This document shows, piece by piece, positions 57,015 through 64,000 of a DNA stretch of 64,000 bases; the stretch's first letter is position 1, and each line of letters begins with the position of its first letter. Position numbers and translations under genes: made by a program. The stretch lies in NCBI GenBank assembly GCA_963692475.1, contig OY829950.1:1940554-2004553 (forward strand), read 5' to 3'. This DNA is from Candidatus Cloacimonadales bacterium. GTDB lineage: Bacteria > Cloacimonadota > Cloacimonadia > Cloacimonadales > JAFGVF01. The notes below the pieces were generated by a model. That model was not told where the DNA came from. It did not search any database and saw nothing but the letters and a program-made list of their open reading frames with translations.

Positions 57015-57445
57015 GGTTCAAGTTAAGTATAGTGGTAAAAAAGAGACTTTTATTATAGTATATTCATTGTATAATAGAAAGTTGCGAGTTTTAATTTACT
57101 GTTTATAGTAAGTTTTGCTTGAAAATAAGACTCTAATAATAGAATTTATAACAATAGTTAGTAGGCATGTCCTTTAGTTAATGCATTGTTCTTTTCTATA
57201 AGATCATATTATATGTATTGAACTAATATATCTTAACTATAATGTGTCTGTTGGTTCTCAGCTTAGTGGATAGCTAATAGATACCATATAAACCCCTAAT
57301 AAACCCCCAATAGACTATCTGACATAAAGCAGATAATGTAGGATTATCTTTGCCAAGAACAAAAAGACTTAATGTCGGATGTTAAGAGAAAATTATAAAA
57401 GATGTGGTTTATTTATAAAATTTCCACCAGACTTGAACTTGAGCC
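57015..57445 (+). mobile_element. MITE family 1, copy C (431 bp, uninterrupted, intact TSD)
   Basis: GGTTCAAGTTAAGT... / ...ACTTGAACTTGAGCC terminal inverted repeats. Perfect 8-bp direct repeat ATATTAAC at 57007-57014 and 57446-57453. No ORF. Confidence 0.85.
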
Positions 57446-57458
57446 ATATTAACTTACT

Positions 57459-57944
57459 CTAGCTTTTTTCCACAAATTTATTAGTAAATTCTTTAATCTT
57501 CTGTTTGTCAATATCTTTATAACTACTTTTTACCTTCCTAACATATTTTAAGATAAACCTAACTAACCAAGAGAACTTTTCAAGCTGGATTTCAGAGCCA
57601 ATAACTGATATAACTTCAGCCTTAGTATATAGATCATTTGGAATAGCATCTTTAATCTGTCTGTCCATTATTTCTTTTTTAGGCTCTCCAGCCATGAGAA
57701 ATATTCCAAACTTTCTATGTAGTATCTCAGGACGATGCAAAAAGATGAAATTCTTTATTTTTCTATTGATTTGACCAAAATAAATTGATGAGCCAATGAG
57801 AATATTATCGAAATTAGAGATATCCATTACTTTCTCTTTATTGATATCAACAATTTTTACTTTACCAGCTATCTCTTGTTTAATCAACTGGGCTACTTCT
57901 TTCACACTTCCATTTTTTGTAGCAAAGATTATCAATGTATTCAT
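57459..57944 (-). CDS. Flavodoxin-like domain protein (HemG/flavodoxin_5-like)
   Basis: MNTLIIFATKNGSVKEVAQLI... and ILIGSSIY.G are typical short flavodoxin-fold N-terminal motifs. Confidence 0.7.
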   Translation of the reverse strand: MNTLIIFATKNGSVKEVAQLIKQEIAGKVKIVDINKEKVMDISNFDNILIGSSIYFGQINRKIKNFIFLHRPEILHRKFGIFLMAGEPKKEIMDRQIKDAIPNDLYTKAEVISVIGSEIQLEKFSWLVRFILKYVRKVKSSYKDIDKQKIKEFTNKFVEKS

Positions 57945-58531
57945 TTGTTATCTCCTCTTTGAATAACTTTTTGGAATAGTTCTTGTAACTTTTCATCTGC
58001 TATCACACTATCTGCAGAAGCTAAAAACTCATCCATCTTTTCATAATCATGACCTTTATAAATACTTGCCTGTATGCCCATCTCGAATTTATCTATTTGT
58101 TTTAGAAACTTAGCTTCTTCTGACTCAGCTTCTTCAAACTCTTTCCACAGATTTATAAATTCTTCACCTTCAGGATAAGACCTGAAAACTTTCTCTATAC
58201 TTTGAAGTTCAAGCTGGTATTTATCTTTTATAGAGATGCCGTCAACAGGAGTAATATCGCCTGCATAAATCTCACCAATTTCATGGACTAATGCCATCTT
58301 TAATAGCTTTTCTTCATTTAGATTTAGTTTTAATCGCTTTGCTAATACCCAAGCTGTCATTGCTGTTCCAAAAGTATGGTCTGCAACTGATTCTCCTTTT
58401 GATTCTGGAATATCACGCTTTAACCAACCTTGACGGAAGAGGTTTTTTAACTTAAATATTTGATATAATACTTCCAAATTATCATCTTCGAAAAAAGCCG
58501 ATTCTTGCTGTTTATATTTTTTCTTCATCAC
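57941..58531 (-). CDS. HD-domain phosphohydrolase (YfbR-like 5'-deoxynucleotidase family)
   Basis: ESVADHTF...ALVHEIGEIYAGDITP gives the H...HD/E...D metal ligand pattern. 4-nt overlap with the flavodoxin-like gene. Confidence 0.75.
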   Translation of the reverse strand: MMKKKYKQQESAFFEDDNLEVLYQIFKLKNLFRQGWLKRDIPESKGESVADHTFGTAMTAWVLAKRLKLNLNEEKLLKMALVHEIGEIYAGDITPVDGISIKDKYQLELQSIEKVFRSYPEGEEFINLWKEFEEAESEEAKFLKQIDKFEMGIQASIYKGHDYEKMDEFLASADSVIADEKLQELFQKVIQRGDNK

Positions 58532-58701
58532 TTTTCCTTATTCTCATTCTATATTCCACTATAAATAGATTAAATTTATCTGTCAATAGTGATTTTTACT
58601 TGCTATCTTCTTCTCAAGAGTTTTATCTATCAATTCCTAATTTGGTTATTTTATAAAATAGCTTATATTTTCTTCAAAATTAATTACATTGAGGAGTAAA
58701 A

Positions 58702-60372
58702 ATGAAAACAGACTTAGAAATAGCAAGTGAAATTAAATTAGAACATATTGATCATGTTGCTTCTAAATTAGGTTTAAAACCAGAAGATTTAGAGCATTAT
58801 GGAGATTATAAAGCAAAAATCAAACTACCTGTTGTCGCTGACATCAGAAAAAGACCAAGAGGAAAGTTAATCTTGGTATCTGCAATTACGCCAACACCTG
58901 CTGGAGAGGGCAAAACAACTGTTTCTATAGGACTTTCCATGGCATTGAATAAGATTGGCAAGAAGGCAAGCGTGGCGATAAGAGAGCCATCTTTAGGCCC
59001 TGTATTTGGAATCAAAGGTGGAGCCGCAGGCGGAGGTTACTCGCAAGTCTTACCAATGGAGGATATTAATCTTCATTTTACTGGAGATTTTCATGCTATT
59101 ACTACTGCTAATAATACCCTTTCAGCTCTAATTGATAATCATATTTATCAGGGTAATGCACTAAACATAGACCCTCGTAGGGTTACTTGGAAAAGAGTAT
59201 TAGATGTAAATGATAGAATGCTACGCAATGTTGTAATTGGATTAGGTGGTAAAACTCAAGGAATTCCTATGGAAGAAGGATTTGATATAACACCAGCTTC
59301 TGAAATAATGGCAATACTCTGTCTTTCGAATGATTTATCTGAGCTTAAGAGAAAAATTGGTGAAATTACCATTGGTTTTAACTATGATGGAGAACCAGTA
59401 TTAGTGAAACACTTGGGTTATGAAGGGGCGATTACTACTCTTCTCAAAGATGCAATTAAACCAAACATAGTACAGACTACTGAACATACACCTGCATTTA
59501 TACACGGTGGTCCTTTTGCAAATATCGCTCAAGGAGCAAACAGTATTATTGCAACTAAAACAGCTTTAGGTCTTAGCGATTTTGTTGTTACTGAAGCAGG
59601 TTTTGGTTTTGATCTTGGTGCTGAAAAGTTCTTTGATATAGTCTGTCCGTACGGAGGTTTCTGTACAAGTGCAGCAGTAGTAGTGGCTACCATAAGAGCT
59701 ATCAAATTCCATGGTGGCGTTAAACTCAAAGACCTTTCAGAGCCAAATCCTGAAGCAGTAAGAAAGGGTATCGTTAATTTAGAAAAACATTTAGAAAATA
59801 CTAAAAAGTTCGGTATGAAGTCTATAGTAGCTATTAATAAATTCGCTACTGATACACAAGAAGAGATTGATATCATTACAGAATTTGTTGAAAAATTAGG
59901 CTTTGATGTTTCTCTTACAGAATTCTTTACAAAAGGCGGAGAAGGAGGAATAGACTTAGCAGAGAAAGTAGTAGCTATGATTGAATCAGATACTTGTAAG
60001 CTACATAGTCTCTATGATAGAAAAGAAGCAGTTAAGGATAAAATTTTTAAAATAGCCAATCAAATATATGGTGCAGAAGCAGTTGATTATTCTCTTGAAG
60101 CTAAAAAAACTCTCAAGTTAATAGATAAATATGGATATAATGAGTTACCTATTTGTATTGCTAAAACACAAAAATCTCTCTCAGATAACCCTTCTCTCTT
60201 AGGACGACCCAAAGATTTCTTAGTTACTGTGCGAGAAATTATAATATCATCTGGGGCTGGATTCATAGTACCTATTACTGGTGATATTATGAGAATGCCT
60301 GGATTACCAAAATCTCCTTCAGCTGAAAAAATGGATATTGATGAAAAAGGTAATATTACTGGACTTTTTTAA
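58702..60372 (+). CDS. fhs: Formate--tetrahydrofolate ligase
   Basis: 556 aa, [12 protein letters not shown]-loop, collinear FTHFS blocks ([31 protein letters not shown]). Confidence 0.96.
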   Translation: MKTDLEIASEIKLEHIDHVASKLGLKPEDLEHYGDYKAKIKLPVVADIRKRPRGKLILVSAITPTPAGEGKTTVSIGLSMALNKIGKKASVAIREPSLGPVFGIKGGAAGGGYSQVLPMEDINLHFTGDFHAITTANNTLSALIDNHIYQGNALNIDPRRVTWKRVLDVNDRMLRNVVIGLGGKTQGIPMEEGFDITPASEIMAILCLSNDLSELKRKIGEITIGFNYDGEPVLVKHLGYEGAITTLLKDAIKPNIVQTTEHTPAFIHGGPFANIAQGANSIIATKTALGLSDFVVTEAGFGFDLGAEKFFDIVCPYGGFCTSAAVVVATIRAIKFHGGVKLKDLSEPNPEAVRKGIVNLEKHLENTKKFGMKSIVAINKFATDTQEEIDIITEFVEKLGFDVSLTEFFTKGGEGGIDLAEKVVAMIESDTCKLHSLYDRKEAVKDKIFKIANQIYGAEAVDYSLEAKKTLKLIDKYGYNELPICIAKTQKSLSDNPSLLGRPKDFLVTVREIIISSGAGFIVPITGDIMRMPGLPKSPSAEKMDIDEKGNITGLF

Positions 60373-60378
60373 TCGATT

Positions 60379-60453
60379 GATGCAGTAGAACTTTTGTGAA
60401 GAGTGCAGAATAATATAGGGCTATTCACAAAGGTCTACTGCATTATTTTGGTT
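60379..60453 (-). repeat. MITE family 3, short derivative (copy e), between convergent fhs and activator genes
   Basis: GATGCAGTAGAAC ... GGTCTACTGCATTATTTTGGTT. The internal GTGAAGAGTGCA block is shared with copy b. Forms a long hairpin. Confidence 0.6.
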
Positions 60454-62764
60454 AAAACTTTAAATCATATTTACTTATTCGTCTGTGTAGAGAATACACA
60501 GTTATTCCCAGTAACATTGCAGCTTCAGTTTTCTTGTTATTAGTTTCCTTCATTGCTCTACAAATAGCTTGTTTTTCCAGAGTTTCTAAATGTAAAATAG
60601 TTGAAGAAGGAAGGGTCAGATTAGTTGTTTTTATATCTAAGCTTAAGTTATATATATCATCAGGGGTGATTTCACATTTATTATTAAATATAATTAGCTT
60701 CTCAATCACATTTTTTAGTTCTCTAACATTACCAGGATAATCATAGTCTGTTAATAGTTTTAAGGCAGGAATTGAGAGCTGAGGTTTCTTAATATGAATT
60801 CTGCTACTAATCTCTTCTAAAAAGGCATCGATTAGAATAGGAATATCATCTTTTCTTTCACGAAGAGGAGGAATGCAAATTTCTAAAGTATTGATTCTAT
60901 TCAAGAAATCTAATCTCATTTTTCCCAGCTTTACTTCCTTGTCAATTTCTCTATTGGTCGCTGAAATAAGTCTAAAATCAACAGGGACCTGCTTACTTGA
61001 ACCAAGAGGTGTTACTTTTTTCTCTTCAAGTACCCGTAACAGAGCGATTTGGATATCTTGAGGCATCTCTCCAATCTCATCCATAAAGACTGTACCATTT
61101 TTAGCAGCTTCAAAATATCCTGTATGACCAGAGACAGCACCAGTAAAAGCTCCTTTAACATGTCCAAATAGAGCAGAATTTACTATTCCAGGTGAAAAAG
61201 AACCACTGTTAACCGGTATGAAAGGATTGTTTTTTCTGGTACCTGAATGATGAATAATCCTAGCTAGGATATCTTTACCAGTTCCTGATTCTCCCCTAAT
61301 TAAAATACTTGCATCTGGATTAGTTGATGCTAATAGTGCCTTACTTATTACTTTCTGCATGGAAGAATCTATTCCTAACAAATTAACCCCAATTTTTGCA
61401 GATAATTCTCGGGAGATAAGAGAATTATTGCTCTGAAATATGAAGTGTTTTCTTACAGTATTTCCTACTAACTTCATTTGATCTCTTCTTTTCTCATTTC
61501 TTTCATTATCAGCAATTTCTCTGTGGAGTTTTTCTAATTCATCTAAACAAGAATAGGCTTTTTTATAATTACCTGTTTTCTCAAAACAAGTTGCTTGATT
61601 CCTTAAAACCTTAATCCGTAACGAAGTATTATTAATTGCTCGTGCTATTTCTTCTAATTTACTTAGATAGCTTAATGCCTTATCATAATTTTTAAGTTGC
61701 ATCTCAATATCTGAGTACTTTTCGTAAATTGATTTTTGTGCCCTGTGATTTTTAACCTGATTACTCAAATCTAAAGCCTTTCCTAACAATTCAAGTCCTT
61801 GGTCTATTCTCTTCGTTCTACTGTACAAATCACCTAAACTTACATAAAGACTAATAATTTGATCAAGAGCTTTCACTTTTTCAGCAAATTCAATAGATTT
61901 CTTAAACTTCTCCTCAGCTATTTCATTTTCATCAAACACGACTAAAAGATTACCCAAATTTGTTTGGACAGCATAATATAACTCAGGATCTCTTTGTAAA
62001 ATCCACTCTTTATCAATACTATCATACAATTCTTTAGCTTTTTCAACATTGTTGATAGTTCTATAGCACATTGCTAAATTATTAATTAATGCTACTCTAT
62101 CAATATCCTGTTCTCTATCATACAAACTTAAACCATCTTCCAAATATTCAATGGCTTTTTCGAAAAGATTCTTACTTATATATAATCTTCCCATAGCATT
62201 ATATGCTAGTTTTAAGGCATTTATTGAATTATACTTAAGGGCAAAATCCAAAGCTTCATTATAATAATATTCAGCTTTGTTTAAATCTCCAACAACTTCA
62301 TATAGATATCCTAAATTTGTGTATCTTCCGGGAAGTTCATCAGGTTTGCAATGTTTATTTGCTATATCTAAGGATTTTAAAAGATATTGTACCCCTCTTT
62401 CAATATCATGCTTTAACCACATTAAATAACCAAAATAGTCATAAATATTGGCTAAATAAAAATATCCAGTGAGATACTTTTCATGCTCTATGAAAACAGG
62501 CAAATATTCATTAAACCAATCTATATTATTAGATGCACGAACAAATCTAAAAAATAACTCAAAATTCGCACTCACTATATCTTTAACTTGCTTGTTAGGC
62601 TTAGCTTCAAAAGATAGAAACTCCTTCCACTTAGCTAAAAAATCATCAAAATAAGACTTAATCTCAATATTTCTTCCTTCAAAACATTTAGTAAATATTT
62701 CGGTAAATATTTCAAACTGCTCAACCCTGCTTGCAGTATTTATTTTTAAAAGCAAATCCTTCAT
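60452..62764 (-). CDS. sigma-54-dependent transcriptional activator with N-terminal TPR-repeat region (no receiver domain)
   Basis: AAA+ GESGTGKD Walker A, GAFTGA loop (VKGAFTGA), FMDEIGEM Walker B, C-terminal Fis-type HTH (AAMLLGITVYSLHRRI). About 430 aa of TPR-like repeats. ORF track start 62791; I prefer ATG 62764 (MKDLLLK, AAGGAG RBS). Confidence 0.88.
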   Translation of the reverse strand: MKDLLLKINTASRVEQFEIFTEIFTKCFEGRNIEIKSYFDDFLAKWKEFLSFEAKPNKQVKDIVSANFELFFRFVRASNNIDWFNEYLPVFIEHEKYLTGYFYLANIYDYFGYLMWLKHDIERGVQYLLKSLDIANKHCKPDELPGRYTNLGYLYEVVGDLNKAEYYYNEALDFALKYNSINALKLAYNAMGRLYISKNLFEKAIEYLEDGLSLYDREQDIDRVALINNLAMCYRTINNVEKAKELYDSIDKEWILQRDPELYYAVQTNLGNLLVVFDENEIAEEKFKKSIEFAEKVKALDQIISLYVSLGDLYSRTKRIDQGLELLGKALDLSNQVKNHRAQKSIYEKYSDIEMQLKNYDKALSYLSKLEEIARAINNTSLRIKVLRNQATCFEKTGNYKKAYSCLDELEKLHREIADNERNEKRRDQMKLVGNTVRKHFIFQSNNSLISRELSAKIGVNLLGIDSSMQKVISKALLASTNPDASILIRGESGTGKDILARIIHHSGTRKNNPFIPVNSGSFSPGIVNSALFGHVKGAFTGAVSGHTGYFEAAKNGTVFMDEIGEMPQDIQIALLRVLEEKKVTPLGSSKQVPVDFRLISATNREIDKEVKLGKMRLDFLNRINTLEICIPPLRERKDDIPILIDAFLEEISSRIHIKKPQLSIPALKLLTDYDYPGNVRELKNVIEKLIIFNNKCEITPDDIYNLSLDIKTTNLTLPSSTILHLETLEKQAICRAMKETNNKKTEAAMLLGITVYSLHRRISKYDLKF

Positions 62765-62838
62765 TGTAACTCCTTTCAGCTTGACGCTCAATATAATTAT
62801 AAAAAGCGAAATCGCAATAATGAGTCAAGCTATTTTTT

Positions 62839-63002
62839 AACCCAAATGGTGCAATAGACTTTAGTGAAGAGTGCAAATTCTTTTAGCAAAATAGCTTGGA
62901 GAATTCTGACGCATATAATATATATATTCGGAAGAATTATGTAAGTTACTTTTGCAAAAGAATATAGTGCTATTCTCAAAGATCTATTGCATTATTTGGG
63001 TT
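62839..63002 (-). mobile_element. MITE family 3, copy b
   Basis: Full-length reverse-complement match to 13639-13802. Ends CCCAAATGGTGCAATAG ... CTATTGCATTATTTGGGT, flanked by TTAA on both sides. Confidence 0.75.
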
Positions 63003-63206
63003 TAAATCTTGTTTTATCGTCCTTAGGAAACTCTTCAATCAGCAAGCCACCCTCTTCTATAGTTTATCCTTAAAGAAGTCGATAATATTGCACATCTTTA
63101 GGTTTTCTTGACATTTTACAATGAATGTATATTGGTAACAAAGCCTCTTCATTGGTAATGCGGATGACCACATTCGCTTCCAAGCGATAGCTTGGAAATT
63201 CTTAAA

Positions 63207-63288
63207 ATCCCAGAGGGATGAAAATATAATAGACAGTGTTCGAAGACACTGTTACGGATAAAAAAGAATAATGAGCTCTAGAGGGGCG
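63207..63288 (+). repeat. Three-hairpin module, copy 6 (left arm of Q)
   Basis: H1 ATCCC-AGA-GGGAT 63207-63219. H2 CAGTGT-TCGAAG-ACACTG 63234-63251. H3 GCTC-TAGAG-GGGC near 63274-63288 (T-G wobble on the plus strand). Confidence 0.65.
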
Positions 63289-63322
63289 ACAATATTTATT
63301 TATTTTTGTGCTAGTATATTAT

Positions 63323-63409
63323 CGCCCCTCTGGGGCTTAGGTCTGTGGGGGAATTATTGTACAGTGTCTAACGAACACTGCCTATTATATCTGCATCCTT
63401 TGATGATTC
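63323..63409 (-). repeat. Three-hairpin module, copy 7 (right arm of Q)
   Basis: H3 GCCCC-TCT-GGGGC 63323-63336. H2 CAGTGT-CTAACGA-ACACTG 63362-63380. H1 decayed (63393-63409). Confidence 0.6.
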
Positions 63410-63569
63410 TAAGATGTCTTCTTCCAATATCTGAGATTTAGATATAAATACGAAACTATAAATCAAATTAGAAAATATAAATAATTTTATATAAAATGTG
63501 CACTAATTGATTCATATGAAGGATTAAAGGATTTATTATCTATTAGTTAGATTGAACAGTCTCGTTCTA

Positions 63570-63625
63570 TGAGACTCTTCAATCACCAAGTCACCTACTC
63601 AAATAGCTTATCTTTATAGAATGTT
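63570..63625 (+). repeat. Solo left end of a third MITE family 4 copy
   Basis: TGAGACTCTTCAATCACCAAGTCACC...ATAGCTTATCTTTATAGAA aligns with the left ends at 2215 and 63026. It starts 6 nt after the right TIR of Q, so the two ends form a hairpin. Confidence 0.55.
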
Positions 63626-63644
63626 TTTTATATTTTGTTCCTTT

Positions 63645-63669
63645 CGATTTCGCAAGTTTTGCGAAATCG
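63645..63669. promoter_or_regulatory. Perfect palindrome, candidate activator binding site (UAS)
   Basis: CGATTTCGCAA-GTT-TTGCGAAATCG (11-bp arms). The TCGCAAGTTTT core repeats 30 nt downstream (63680-63690). Half-site GCGAAATCGC recurs at 62806-62815 upstream of the activator gene. Confidence 0.4.
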
Positions 63670-63791
63670 GTAAGTAATATCGCAAGTTTTTGCAAACTTG
63701 AAAAAAAACAGGAAAATCAAAATTTCAAGAAGAAACTTTATTTCCCTATTTTACAGATAGTTACAGATTATCATCTATCAGGGAATATTTT

Positions 63792-63807
63792 TGGAATTCA
63801 TAATGCT
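63792..63807 (+). promoter_or_regulatory. Candidate sigma-54 (-24/-12) promoter
   Basis: TGGAATTCATAATGCT has GG and GC with the canonical 10-nt separation (consensus TGGCAC-N5-TTGCW). It lies 54 nt upstream of ATG 63861 and ~125 nt downstream of the palindrome. Confidence 0.35.
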
Positions 63808-63860
63808 ATTATACATATCAAAAGGATTTTGTTTTTTATTAAAAAAAAAGGAGAAAAAAA

Positions 63861-64000
63861 ATGAAAAAACTTATCTTATTAATTTTGTTAGTTGTTTTAT
63901 GTATGTCGCTTTTTGCTTTAGACAAATGGGCTCCAGTGAATGTTCTTAGTGGAGCAGGTACATCTGATAATCCATATTTAGTAGAAGATTTTGCTGACCT
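63861..64000 (+). CDS. Secreted protein, N-terminal fragment (probable GLUG-family paralog; runs off the window)
   Basis: AGGAG RBS. MKKLILLILLVVLCMSLFALDKWAPVNVLSGAGTSDNPYLVEDFAD: signal peptide followed by the same G(S/A)GT..NPY.(I/V) module start as the protein at 1-1989. Confidence 0.7.
   Translation, partial: MKKLILLILLVVLCMSLFALDKWAPVNVLSGAGTSDNPYLVEDFAD

Larger units (their letters stand above)
63026..63564 (+). mobile_element. MITE family 4, copy Q
   Basis: Left end GGAAACTCTTCAA, right end TTGAACAGTCTCG. Left ~100 nt (TAGTTTATCCTTAAAGAAGTCGATAATATTGCACATCTT...CTTGACATTTTA) and the two module arms align with copy P. The centre is ~75 nt shorter. No intact TSD. Confidence 0.7.

Overview
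AT-rich bacterial chromosomal segment. About 45 real genes are tightly packed, and most lie on the minus strand between 24 kb and 53 kb. My best lineage guess is Cloacimonadota (Candidatus Cloacimonas-like); this is inference only. It rests on three secreted proteins ending in a T9SS-type C-terminal sorting domain ([12 protein letters not shown]...KKM(I/V)LMK), on GLUG-repeat surface proteins at both window edges, and on a kdd-kamA lysine-fermentation pair. Housekeeping content: iscR-like/nifS/nifU operon, SRP RNA, eno, stomatin/NfeD pair, recN, nadK, rsgA, argS, fhs, a gldA/F/G-like ABC cluster, MFS and AhpD-like genes, Fe-ADH, two glycosyltransferases, LytS/LytTR and hybrid-kinase signalling genes, a REC-PP2C-HATPase fusion, and a TPR-sigma-54 activator. 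Accessory content is concentrated in five non-coding islands (2.2-2.9 kb, 13.6-15.9 kb, 36.8-37.7 kb, 57.0-57.4 kb, 62.8-63.6 kb). (1) Two almost identical IS3-family copies sit in inverted orientation around an addB/addA-like helicase-nuclease pair. (2) At least four families of non-autonomous TIR elements (MITEs) are present, several with intact target-site duplications and nested inside one another. (3) A conserved ~85-nt three-hairpin module occurs 7 times, inside two unrelated MITE families and once free-standing, with paired (compensatory) stem substitutions. That module is the feature I cannot assign to any known family and would chase first. I found no CRISPR array, tRNA, rRNA, prophage or convincing novel protein-coding defence system. 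The large two-gene block flanked by IS copies reads as a cluster-less AddAB, not something new. All coordinates for repeats, TSDs and hairpins were counted by hand from the sequence. No database search or folding calculation was possible.
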